A stretch of 32,000 bases of DNA from Nostoc parmelioides FACHB-3921 (GCF_014696625.1 NZ_JACJQL010000033.1:34777-66776); one strand, 5' to 3'. Shown: positions 16,189 to 25,029, numbered from the stretch's first letter. Translations and numbers: made by a program. Notes: a model not told the origin generated them from the letters alone.

Positions 16189-16983
16189 ATGGATCAGTCT
16201 TTACGCACATTGGGAGTAGCGCCAAATGCTTGGATGGTGAATCAAGCGATCGCAGATATCACTCGTCCGCAAAAGACTCCACAACCCGTTATCTTATCAA
16301 CAGAAACCAAAACTCTGCGTCTAGACTTGGCAAAAACAGCCATTATTGTCATAGATATGCAGAACGACTTCTGTCACCCAGATGGCTGGTTAGCCCATAT
16401 CGGCGTAGACGTGACACCAGCTACTAAACCCATCGTACCTTTAAATAATTTACTGCCAGAATTGCGTGCTGTTGGTGTGCCTGTAATTTGGTTAAATTGG
16501 GGCAATCGTCCCGACTTACTGAACATTAGCGCCAATTTACTTCATGTTTACAATCCTACAGGGGAGGGGGTGGGGTTAGGCGATCGCTTACCCAAAAACG
16601 ATGCTAGAGTACTGATGGCAGGTAGTTGGGCGGCAGCAGTCGTAGACGAACTCCAGCAATCACCACAAGATATTTGTGTGGATAAGTACCGCATGAGTGG
16701 CTTTTGGGACACACCTTTAGATAGTATTTTAAAAAACCTGGGAATTACAACAATATTGTTTGCTGGTGTTAACGCTGATCAATGTGTACTGACTACCCTA
16801 TGTGATGCTAACTTCTTAGGATACGACTGCATTTTAGTCAAAGATTGTACTGCTACAACTTCCCCTGATTATTGTTGGTTAGCGACCTTATATAACGTTA
16901 AACAATGCTTTGGTTTTGTTAGTGATTCACAAGCAATTTTCACAGCCCTAAATCACCCTGAAGCCACAGGAAGGGATAAATAA
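16189..16983 (+). CDS. Isochorismatase-family cysteine hydrolase (RutB/biuret-hydrolase/nicotinamidase-like)
   Basis: TAIIVIDMQNDFCHPDGW and the nucleophile Cys in GVNADQCVLTT. The stop TAA is directly followed by the ATG of the next gene. Confidence 0.85.
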   Translation: MDQSLRTLGVAPNAWMVNQAIADITRPQKTPQPVILSTETKTLRLDLAKTAIIVIDMQNDFCHPDGWLAHIGVDVTPATKPIVPLNNLLPELRAVGVPVIWLNWGNRPDLLNISANLLHVYNPTGEGVGLGDRLPKNDARVLMAGSWAAAVVDELQQSPQDICVDKYRMSGFWDTPLDSILKNLGITTILFAGVNADQCVLTTLCDANFLGYDCILVKDCTATTSPDYCWLATLYNVKQCFGFVSDSQAIFTALNHPEATGRDK

Positions 16984-17439
16984 ATGCAAGCTACTCGTTG
17001 CGTAATTCCTGTTATTAAATCTCCCAAAGATTACCAAGTATATCGTATTAGCCCTCACGATACAAATCGGTTAGCAATTATTTTTGATTCCACCAACGCC
17101 AACACTTCCCTCACCTGCTGCGTAGAAATTTTTGAAGTCGGCGGACAAACACCACCTAATCGTCATCAATGGGCGGTAGAAATGTTTTTTGTCATTAAAG
17201 GGGAAGGCATAGCCATGTGTGACGGCAAAAAAGTTCCCATCAAAGCCGGAGATAGTTTATTAGTACCTCCCACCGGCACCCATTTAATCAAAAATACAGG
17301 CTCTAGTCGCCTGTACACATTAACAATTATGGTTCCTAACGAAGACTTTGCAGAACTAATTCGTAGTGGTACACCCTTAGAGTTAGATGCAGAAGATATG
17401 GCAGTACTTGGCAGATTAGATGCCTTGATGCCTTGTTGA
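16984..17439 (+). CDS. Cupin-domain protein
   Basis: Cupin motif 2 is AGDSLLVPPTGTHLIKN. Motif 1 is only partly retained (GGQTPPNRHQWAVEMFFVIKGEG). Confidence 0.75.
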   Translation: MQATRCVIPVIKSPKDYQVYRISPHDTNRLAIIFDSTNANTSLTCCVEIFEVGGQTPPNRHQWAVEMFFVIKGEGIAMCDGKKVPIKAGDSLLVPPTGTHLIKNTGSSRLYTLTIMVPNEDFAELIRSGTPLELDAEDMAVLGRLDALMPC

Positions 17440-17582
17440 ACCAATTCGCAATAGCCTGCGGCATCTCTACGAGAGGCTTCCGCCAACGCGTAGCGTCTGT
17501 CTACGACACGCTCCGCGAACGTAGAGAAGGCTAACGCAATTCGCAATTCGCCGTTACGTGTTGTAAAGGGGATTTAGGATTA

Positions 17583-17608
17583 GTAGGGCGGGCAATGCCC
17601 ACCAAAAC
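17583..17608. repeat. Dispersed repeat family 1, copy C (palindrome module only)
   Basis: GTAGGGCGGGCAATGCCCACCAAAAC matches 14520-14545 at 25 of 26 positions. It is preceded at 17450-17560 by further GC-rich repeat-like sequence (GCCAACGCGTAGCGTCTG...). Confidence 0.7.
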
Positions 17609-17695
17609 AATGATTACTAATAATTTAGAGGTAAGTATTTTTTACTTTGCACTCAGCACTTGCTAATTTATAAAAATCTAATTTATAAAAATTTT

Positions 17696-19081
17696 ATGCA
17701 CCTACCAAAAGGCCCCCAAACTCCCGTTTTTGTCCAAGTACTGCGCTGGGTTTTTAGCCCCATGTCCTTTCTGGAAGACTGCGCTAAACGTTACGGAGAC
17801 ATTTTCTCGATAAAGTTAGCCAAAGATGTCCCACCGATAGTATTTCTCAGCAACCCCAAAGACATACAGCAAATTTTAACCAACGATAACAACCAACTAG
17901 ACTCACCAGGTGATTGGAATGATTTATTTGAACCTTTATTAGGTAAACACTCTGTAATTACTCTTTCTGGTGCAGAACACCAACGCCAACGGCAATTATT
18001 AATGCCTCCTTTTCATGGCGAAAGAATGCGGGGTTACAGTCAGGTGATTACCGATGTCACAGAAAAAGTTATCGGCCAATACCAGATAGGTCAACCCTTT
18101 CAAATCCGTTCTGTGACCCAGGCTATTACCTTAAGGGTAATTATGCAGGCAGTATTTGGTTTATATGAAGGTTCCCGTGCTGAGACACTACAACATTTGT
18201 TGTCTGACCTTTTAGAAAAAAGCAGTTCCCCTTTTAGTGTGGCTTTGCTTTATTTCCCTGCCTTACGCCGGGATTTTGGCCCGATTAAATTTTGGGGTGA
18301 ACAAGTACAAATACAACAGCAAGTTGACGAACTTATCTACGAAGAAATTCAAGAACGTCGAGAAAATCCCGACCCATCACGCACCGATATTCTTAGCTTA
18401 CTCATGGATGCTAGGGATGCAGACGGTCAACCAATGACCGATGTCGAGTTACGCGATGAATTGATGACCCTGTTAGTAGCAGGTCATGAAACCACGGCTA
18501 CAGCCTTAGCCTGGGCTATGTATTGGATTCATAAATTACCCGCAGTCAAAGCCAGATTACTGCAAGAATTAGATAGTTTAGGAGATAATCCAGACTCCAC
18601 CACCATCTTCAAACTGCCCTATCTCAATGCTGTTTACTCTGAAACCCTGAGAATTTACCCAGTAGCAATGCTAACTTTCGCCAGGAGAGTCATCGAAACT
18701 ATGGCATTGGGTGGTTATGAACTCCCACCAGGTACACCAGTTTTAGGTTCAATTTACTTGACCCACCAAAGGGAAGATTTATATCCAGAACCGAAAAAGT
18801 TTAAACCAGAAAGATTTTTAGAAAGGCAGTTTTCACCCTATGAGTATCTACCCTTCGGTGGTGGTACAAGGCGCTGTCTTGGTCTAGCTTTTGCCCAATG
18901 GGAGATGAAATTAGCACTTGCTAAAATCATGACTAGCTACGAATTAGAATTAGCTAATAGTGTGGAAGTCCGCCCAAAACGTCGTGGTTTAGTAACAGGC
19001 CCACACCGTCCTATCGAGATGGTGATTAAGAGTCAGCGTCAAATCACATCTCGGATTCTAGAAACAACTACTGTAAGCTAA
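17696..19081 (+). CDS. Cytochrome P450 (CYP110-like)
   Basis: Heme-thiolate loop FGGGTRRCLGLAFAQWE, I-helix LVAGHETTA and ExxR SETLRIYP. The likely start is ATG 17696 (MHLPKGPQ...); the listed 17660 is a TTG inside an AT-rich tandem repeat. Confidence 0.9.
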   Translation: MHLPKGPQTPVFVQVLRWVFSPMSFLEDCAKRYGDIFSIKLAKDVPPIVFLSNPKDIQQILTNDNNQLDSPGDWNDLFEPLLGKHSVITLSGAEHQRQRQLLMPPFHGERMRGYSQVITDVTEKVIGQYQIGQPFQIRSVTQAITLRVIMQAVFGLYEGSRAETLQHLLSDLLEKSSSPFSVALLYFPALRRDFGPIKFWGEQVQIQQQVDELIYEEIQERRENPDPSRTDILSLLMDARDADGQPMTDVELRDELMTLLVAGHETTATALAWAMYWIHKLPAVKARLLQELDSLGDNPDSTTIFKLPYLNAVYSETLRIYPVAMLTFARRVIETMALGGYELPPGTPVLGSIYLTHQREDLYPEPKKFKPERFLERQFSPYEYLPFGGGTRRCLGLAFAQWEMKLALAKIMTSYELELANSVEVRPKRRGLVTGPHRPIEMVIKSQRQITSRILETTTVS

Positions 19082-19100
19082 TTTGCACAATCTATCGTGA

Positions 19101-19123
19101 GGGCTGTTGACTGTTAACAGCCC
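19101..19123 (+). terminator. Hairpin downstream of the P450 gene
   Basis: GGGCTGTT(GA) ... (TT)AACAGCCC followed by TTATT, 20 nt after the stop codon. Confidence 0.5.
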
Positions 19124-19397
19124 TTATTAGTAATTATGCAATTCAGATGTGCATCAGCTTATAGCAATGTGAAAAAAGAATGCGATAGATATACTGTCAA
19201 CAGTCAAGAGCTATATTTCTCAAGAATGGTCTAATTTTCATAAATCATTCTTAGGGCTTATTGAATATTAATGACTTGCCTGAAAAATGCTTTGATAGAA
19301 ACTATTTGTTTTTTTGTATATACCATATTGTAGATCCGATATTGACCACTGAGAGTTTAAAGTTATTAGTGAGAGGAAACTAGGAAAATATGAGTTC

Positions 19398-20156
19398 ATG
19401 CCAGATAAGCAGAATTTAGAAGAAAAGTTAATATCTCAGGTGGCTGAAAGAAGCATAACAAATCAGCTAGATACAGCCGAGCAAATTGACATTTATGTCC
19501 AGACTGATATTTTAAAAGTATTTCAAGGACAAGCCGATGGTGTAACAGTTAGCGGTCAAGGCTTAGTTACTAAGCAAAATATCCGTGTTCAAGAAATCCA
19601 AGTAAAAACGGATAGTATCGCTATCAATCCACTAAGTGCCATTTTTGGAGAAGTTCAACTAGATAAGCCTGTAAATTTAACTACTCGTGTCATTCTCACA
19701 GAAGCCGATATTAATTCTGCACTTACATCTGATTTTACTCGTAATTTCATGCAAGATTTCGAGTTAAATATAGATAGAGAAATTATTAGTTTTGAAATGC
19801 AAGATATGCAAATATTTTTGCCTAGTGATGGGCAGATGGGCTTTCGTGGTAATTTTATATTAAAGGAAAAGAATAATAGGCGATCGCTCGGTTTTACTGC
19901 TATGCTTCGTCCCCGGACTCATTCCCAACCTATAATATTAGAAAGCTTCCATTGTACACAAGGGGAAGGAGTTTCTTTAGAATTAATTACCTCATTGATG
20001 CAGAAAGCTAAAGAACTAGTAAATCTCCCTTATTTTGTTTGGGAAGGTATGAAGATTCGTATTAAAAATATGGAAATTCGCCAAAGTATATTAATAGTTT
20101 TATTAGAAGTGAATCTCGCTCAATTACCAGAATCAATTATGGAAAAATCTGATTAA
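19398..20156 (+). CDS. DUF2993/LmeA-like protein (possible lipid-binding); function unknown
   Basis: 252 aa with no TM segment. The pattern VAERSITNQL..IDIYVQTD..VFQGQADGVTVSGQGL..IRVQEIQVKTDSIAINP resembles the cyanobacterial DUF2993 architecture as I recall it. Confidence 0.55.
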   Translation: MPDKQNLEEKLISQVAERSITNQLDTAEQIDIYVQTDILKVFQGQADGVTVSGQGLVTKQNIRVQEIQVKTDSIAINPLSAIFGEVQLDKPVNLTTRVILTEADINSALTSDFTRNFMQDFELNIDREIISFEMQDMQIFLPSDGQMGFRGNFILKEKNNRRSLGFTAMLRPRTHSQPIILESFHCTQGEGVSLELITSLMQKAKELVNLPYFVWEGMKIRIKNMEIRQSILIVLLEVNLAQLPESIMEKSD

Positions 20157-20264
20157 AAATACCAGTAAGATTACCTGGAGTTTATTTACTAATAACTATC
20201 AAGGTTGTAATTTCGTTTTACCCTTTGTAATATTATCAAGCCACTCTAATTCAAAATAACAAAT

Positions 20265-21962
20265 ATGCAGGAATATGATGTTGTAATGATTGGTGCAGGA
20301 CATAACGGGCTAGTTTGTGCCGCTTATTTGCTGAAAGCTGGCTATAGTGTCCTGCTACTGGAAAAGCGTTCTGTTCCGGGTGGTGCAGCTACAACAGAGG
20401 AGTGTTTGCCAAAAGAAGCACCAGGGTTTAAATTTAATTTGTGTGCCATTGATCACGAATTTATTCACTTGGGGCCAGTTGTTGAGGAATTAGAACTGGG
20501 TAAATACGGCTTAGAATATCTAGAGTGTGATCCAGTTGTTTTTTGTCCTCATCCCGATGGCAAGTATTTTTTAGCTCATAAATCTTTAGAAAAAACTTGT
20601 GCAGAAATCGCTCGGTACAGCGAACGTGATGCTAAAAAATACGCCGAGTTTACCGAATACTGGCAACGGGCAATAGGTGCAATGATTCCTATGTTTAACG
20701 CGCCACCAAAATCAATTATTGATATTGTTGGTAATTACGATATCACGAAATTCAAGGACTTATTTTCAGTCATCGGTTCTCCTAACAAAACGCTGGACTT
20801 CATTCGCAATATGTTAACCAGCGCAGAAGATATTCTCAATGAGTGGTTTGATTCGGAATTTCTCAAAGCACCCTTAGCAAGATTAGCATCAGAACTCGGC
20901 GCGCCTCCATCGCAAAAAACGATCGCTATTGGTGCAATCATGATGGCAATGCGTCACAATCCTGGGATGGCTAGACCTCGCGGTGGTACTGGCGCATTGG
21001 TCAAAGCCTTGGTGAACTTGGTCACAAGTAAAGGCGGTGTGATTCTCACAGACCAACACGTTGAAAAAGTTTTAATTGATGACGGTAAAGCCGTTGGTGT
21101 GCGGGTAAGTGGTGGTACAGAATATCGTGCTAAATATGGTGTCATTTCTAACATCGACGCGAAACGGTTGTTTTTGCAAATGACCGATAAAAGTGATGTA
21201 GATGCAGCCGACCCAGATTTATGGGAAAGGTTGGAACGGCGCATTGTTAACAACAATGAAACCATTCTCAAGATAGATTTGGCATTAGATGAACCTTTGC
21301 GTTTTCCTTTCCACGCCCATAAAGATGAATACTTGGTTGGGTCTATTTTAATTGCCGATTCTGTAGCTCATGTGGAACAAGCACATAGTAAATGTACATT
21401 GGGAGAAATTCCTGATTCTGACCCATCGATGTATGTAGTTATGCCTAGCTATCTCGACCCCACACTAGCACCTTCTGGCAAACATACAGTGTGGATTGAG
21501 TTTTTCGCCCCTTATCAAATCGCTGGTGCAGAAGGTACTGGTTTCAAAGGTACTGGTTGGACGGACGAATTGAAAAACCAAGTTGCAGACAAGGTTGTTG
21601 ATAAATTGGCAACCTATGCACCAAATGTCAAAACAGCAACAATTGCCCGGCGTGTAGAAAGCCCGGCGGAATTGGGAGAAAGACTAGGTGCATACAAAGG
21701 AAATTATTACCACATTGATATGACCTTGGATCAAATGGTCTTTTTCCGTCCCTTGCCAGAAATAGCCAACTACAAAACCCCCATCGATAATTTATTTCTC
21801 ACTGGTGCAGGTACTCATCCCGGTGGTTCGATTTCGGGAATGCCTGGACGCAACTGTGCGCGGGTATTTTTGCAGACTAAGCACCCCATTACTCAGACTC
21901 TCAAGGATGCGAGGGATTCGATTAAGTCAACGGTTGAGTCAGTGTTTGGGATTCATCAATAG
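20265..21962 (+). CDS. crtO: CrtI-type FAD-dependent oxidoreductase, most likely beta-carotene ketolase CrtO
   Basis: The N-terminal dinucleotide fold is DVVMIGAGHNGLVCAAYLLKAGYSVLLLEKRSVPGGAATTEE and the C-terminal signature is LTGAGTHPGGSISGMPGRNCARVF. The length of 565 aa fits. I recall CrtO lying next to an arsR-like gene and a psbA copy in Anabaena PCC 7120, which matches this neighbourhood. Confidence 0.65.
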   Translation: MQEYDVVMIGAGHNGLVCAAYLLKAGYSVLLLEKRSVPGGAATTEECLPKEAPGFKFNLCAIDHEFIHLGPVVEELELGKYGLEYLECDPVVFCPHPDGKYFLAHKSLEKTCAEIARYSERDAKKYAEFTEYWQRAIGAMIPMFNAPPKSIIDIVGNYDITKFKDLFSVIGSPNKTLDFIRNMLTSAEDILNEWFDSEFLKAPLARLASELGAPPSQKTIAIGAIMMAMRHNPGMARPRGGTGALVKALVNLVTSKGGVILTDQHVEKVLIDDGKAVGVRVSGGTEYRAKYGVISNIDAKRLFLQMTDKSDVDAADPDLWERLERRIVNNNETILKIDLALDEPLRFPFHAHKDEYLVGSILIADSVAHVEQAHSKCTLGEIPDSDPSMYVVMPSYLDPTLAPSGKHTVWIEFFAPYQIAGAEGTGFKGTGWTDELKNQVADKVVDKLATYAPNVKTATIARRVESPAELGERLGAYKGNYYHIDMTLDQMVFFRPLPEIANYKTPIDNLFLTGAGTHPGGSISGMPGRNCARVFLQTKHPITQTLKDARDSIKSTVESVFGIHQ

Positions 21963-21975
21963 TCTGTGGTCAACA

Positions 21976-22003
21976 GTTGACGGTTGACGGTTGACGGTTG
22001 ACT
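21976..22003. repeat. STRR-type tandem heptamers (GTTGACG x3 + GTTGACT)
   Basis: Four perfect or near-perfect 7-nt units start 14 nt after the crtO stop. Confidence 0.9.
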
Positions 22004-22085
22004 ACTGATGACAAACTTTAATCGTATTTAGCTATAATACCAACTAGTTATTAAACGCTTTTTGTGTCGGCAATTAAATCTCACT

Positions 22086-22448
22086 ATGCCAAAAATAAAG
22101 CCATCCCAGGCTGATCCCTCTGTTCTTGTGGCGGTTGCTGACTATTTTAAGGTACTATCGGAGGCCAGTCGATTACAGATTTTGTCTTGTCTCAAGTCAG
22201 GGCCGATGAATGTCATGGAAATTGCGGAGGCGACTGGCTTAGGACAGGCAAATTTGTCTAAGCATTTGAAAGTGTTAACTCAAGCAGGTCTGGTATCTCG
22301 TCAGCCTAAGGGTACCAGCGCTTATTACGAGATTACTGATCCAATGATATTTGAACTTTGTGAGTTAGTATGCGATCGCATTAGTCAACGTTTACTACAG
22401 CAGGCTAAGAGTCTAAAAGCCCTTCAAGAGAAAACACCAATTTTTTAA
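22086..22448 (+). CDS. ArsR/SmtB-family HTH transcriptional regulator
   Basis: ASRLQILSCLKSGPMNVMEIAEATGLGQANLSKHLKVLTQAGLVSRQ. The likely start is ATG 22086 (MPKIKPSQ); the listed 22062 is a TTG. Cysteines are present at LSC and in the C-terminal FELCELVCD. Confidence 0.85.
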   Translation: MPKIKPSQADPSVLVAVADYFKVLSEASRLQILSCLKSGPMNVMEIAEATGLGQANLSKHLKVLTQAGLVSRQPKGTSAYYEITDPMIFELCELVCDRISQRLLQQAKSLKALQEKTPIF

Positions 22449-22473
22449 AAATCACATAGTCATCTAAAAATAA

Positions 22474-22495
22474 AGCACCCTAAAATTAGGGTGCT
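22474..22495 (-). terminator. Rho-independent terminator of psbA (placed between convergent genes)
   Basis: AGCACCCTA-AAAT-TAGGGTGCT. On the minus strand the hairpin is followed by TTATTTTTAG. Confidence 0.7.
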
Positions 22496-22522
22496 ATCTA
22501 CTAAGCAGCATACCAGGAGAAA

Positions 22523-23605
22523 CTAACTAGCGATCGCTGGAGCAGCCAAAGCAATTGGTTGAACTTCACCAGATGCTAAATCTAGCGGGAAGTTGTGAGC
22601 ATTTCGCTCGTGCATCACTTCAATCCCTAAGTTGGCTCTGTTGAGCAGGTCTGCCCAAGTGTCAATTGTCCGTCCTTGGTGATCCAAAATTGAGTTATTG
22701 AAGTTGAACCCATTCAAGTTAAAGGACATGGTGCTGATACCCAAAGCCGCAAACCAGATGCCAATTACTGGCCAAGCTGCTAGAAAGAAATGCAAAGAAC
22801 GGGAGTTGTTAAAGCTGGCATATTGGAAGATTAACCTACCAAAGTAACCATGTGCAGCTACGATATTGTAGGTTTCCTCTTCTTGACCAAACTTATAGCC
22901 AGTATTGGCTGATTCTACTTCTGAGGTTTCCCGCACTAATGTAGATGTCACCAAGGAACCGTGCATTGCCGAGAATAATGCCCCACCAAAGACTCCAGCC
23001 ACACCAATCATGTGGAATGGGTGCATGAGAATATTATGTTCCGGTGAAAACACAATCATAAAGTTGAATGTGCCAGAAATACCCAGCATCATCCCATCGG
23101 AAAAACTGCCTTGCCCAATGGGATAAATCAACAGCACGGCTGTTGCAGCCGCAACGGGAGCAGAAAAAGCTACAGGAATCCACGGACGCATCCCTAAGCG
23201 ATAACTTAGTTCCCATTGCCGACCCATATAAGCATAGATGGCAATCAGGAAATGCAGGACAATCATTTGGTAAGGGCCGCCATTGTAAAGCCATTCGTCT
23301 AAAGAAGCCGCTTCCCATATAGGGTATAGATGCAGGCCAATAGCGGCTGAAGTTGGCACTACAGTAGCAGTAATAATGTTATTACCGTAGAGCAAAGAAC
23401 CTGATACTGGTTCACGAATGCCATCCACGTCAACTGGTGGCGCGGCAATAAACGCAAGGATAAAGACAATTGCCGCAGTTAAGGCTGTGGGAATCAACAA
23501 TACTCCAAACCAACCAACATACATTCGATTTTCCGTACTGGTAATCCAGTTAGCGAATCTATGCCATAAATTAGCGCTACCACGCTGTTCTAAAAGTGTT
23601 GTCAT
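22523..23605 (-). CDS. psbA: Photosystem II reaction-centre protein D1, D1' (low-oxygen type) isoform
   Basis: 360 aa from ATG 23605 ([14 protein letters not shown]...); the listed 23650 is a TTG extension. All Mn4CaO5 ligands are present (D170, E189, H332, E333, H337, D342, A344), as are Y161/H190. The isoform signature is A80, L158 and A286, plus P144 and M173. Confidence 0.95.
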   Translation of the reverse strand: MTTLLEQRGSANLWHRFANWITSTENRMYVGWFGVLLIPTALTAAIVFILAFIAAPPVDVDGIREPVSGSLLYGNNIITATVVPTSAAIGLHLYPIWEAASLDEWLYNGGPYQMIVLHFLIAIYAYMGRQWELSYRLGMRPWIPVAFSAPVAAATAVLLIYPIGQGSFSDGMMLGISGTFNFMIVFSPEHNILMHPFHMIGVAGVFGGALFSAMHGSLVTSTLVRETSEVESANTGYKFGQEEETYNIVAAHGYFGRLIFQYASFNNSRSLHFFLAAWPVIGIWFAALGISTMSFNLNGFNFNNSILDHQGRTIDTWADLLNRANLGIEVMHERNAHNFPLDLASGEVQPIALAAPAIAS

Positions 23606-23654
23606 TTGTTGTGATGATTGCGAATGTGATGGTGAAATATCAACTGACAAGGGT

Positions 23655-23668
23655 GTAACTTGTCGTAC
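23655..23668. promoter_or_regulatory. GTA-N8-TAC palindrome (NtcA/CRP-family-type site) in the psbA / NMO divergent intergenic region
   Basis: GTAACTTGTCGTAC lies 50 nt upstream of the psbA ATG. No convincing -10 box sits at the canonical 22-nt distance. Confidence 0.25.
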
Positions 23669-23803
23669 AATTATTATATAACTTTATAGTAATATAGTTG
23701 TCAATTAAAGTAAGTAAAATTTTTCGGCTGAGTACATAAATGTTATCCTCATAACAATTGACACCGAGATGTTAAAATTACTCTAAAGTTATTTAGTTAA
23801 TGA

Positions 23804-24931
23804 ATGAATAGTTCTGTAAAAACCCGTATCCTCCAGCCTTTACGGATTGGTAAACACATTGCCCGCCATCCCATCATTCAAGGGGCAATGGCCGTGCGGG
23901 TATCGGGAGCAAAATTAGCGGGAGCCGTTGCCAATGCTGGGGGTGTGGGCGTGATTGCTTCTTTGGGACTGGGTTTAGATTCGCCCTACTTTGACAAACG
24001 CAAAAAACGCAGCTTTTTTACAGCCAATCGCCTAGCTTTAATAGATGAACTAGCAGCAGCCCGCAGTATCAGCCCTGATGGGGTGATTGGAGTAAACATT
24101 CTGGTTGCTACCAAAGATTATTCTGTATTAGCCCAAACTGCTGCTGCCCAAGGAGCAGATATCATCATCACTGGTGCAGGATTACCCCTAACTTTACCAG
24201 AGTACACCGCCGCATATCCCGATGTGGCACTAGTGCCGAGTGTGGCGAACATGGAAGCGGCTCAGTTGATTTGTGAAACTTGGCAAAGTCGGTATCATCG
24301 TTTACCAGATGCGTTGATTGTGGAGAATTGCCAACAGGTAGGGGGACACTTTACCCAGTGTGAGCAAGTTAATGTTCCGGGATTTTCTTTTGAGTCGGTG
24401 ATTCGTCAACTGCGGGATTATTGCCAAAATCATTTAGGTGCAAGCATACCATTGATTGTGAGTGGGGGAATTAGCGATCGCACCGATATTGATCGGATGA
24501 TAGCAATAGGGGCTGATGGTGTGCAAATTGGTACGCGTTTTGTGACCACAGTAGAATGTGATGCCGACCAACGTTATAAAGATTATCATCTACAAGCCCA
24601 GCCAGAAGATATTGTGACTGTACCCAGTCCAGTGGGCAAACCCAGTCGTGCTTTACATAATTTGTTTACAGAACAGGTAATGAGTAATTCATCAAACTTA
24701 GAAAAGCGATGTATTGCCAACTGTTTAGAAACGTGCTTATGTAGAGATCAAGGGAAAACTTATTGCCTTTTGCAAGCACTTGCTCAAGCAGCCCGTGGCG
24801 ATGTGGAAAATGGCCTAATTTTTTCGGGCGCGAATGCTGGTTATACCCAAGACATCATATCTGTCCCGGAACTGATGACAGAACTCACTCAAGCTCATAC
24901 CATTGAAGTTTCATCTAGTGACAAATACTAG
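23804..24931 (+). CDS. Nitronate monooxygenase / FabK-like FMN-dependent oxidoreductase (NMO family)
   Basis: IIQGAMAVRVSGAKLAGAVANAGGVGVIAS and SGGISDRTDIDRMIAIGADGVQIGTRF. Confidence 0.8.
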   Translation: MNSSVKTRILQPLRIGKHIARHPIIQGAMAVRVSGAKLAGAVANAGGVGVIASLGLGLDSPYFDKRKKRSFFTANRLALIDELAAARSISPDGVIGVNILVATKDYSVLAQTAAAQGADIIITGAGLPLTLPEYTAAYPDVALVPSVANMEAAQLICETWQSRYHRLPDALIVENCQQVGGHFTQCEQVNVPGFSFESVIRQLRDYCQNHLGASIPLIVSGGISDRTDIDRMIAIGADGVQIGTRFVTTVECDADQRYKDYHLQAQPEDIVTVPSPVGKPSRALHNLFTEQVMSNSSNLEKRCIANCLETCLCRDQGKTYCLLQALAQAARGDVENGLIFSGANAGYTQDIISVPELMTELTQAHTIEVSSSDKY

Positions 24932-25029
24932 ACAGGAGCATCTGCATCGGCCAAGAATCAGAAGAAAAGAAATTTAAAGAGTGGGTATCATACCCTTTAA
25001 ATTTATTAATTATTGAATTTGAATTATTT

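Noticed and set aside
22523-23650. Possibility that this psbA homolog is a rogue/super-rogue D1 (ChlF-type chlorophyll f synthase) with an N-terminal extension
   Set aside because: All Mn4CaO5 ligands (D170, E189, H332, E333, H337, D342, A344) and Y161/H190 are intact, whereas rogue D1 and ChlF forms lack several of them. The 15-aa extension comes from a TTG upstream of the canonical ATG, which gives a standard 360-aa D1.
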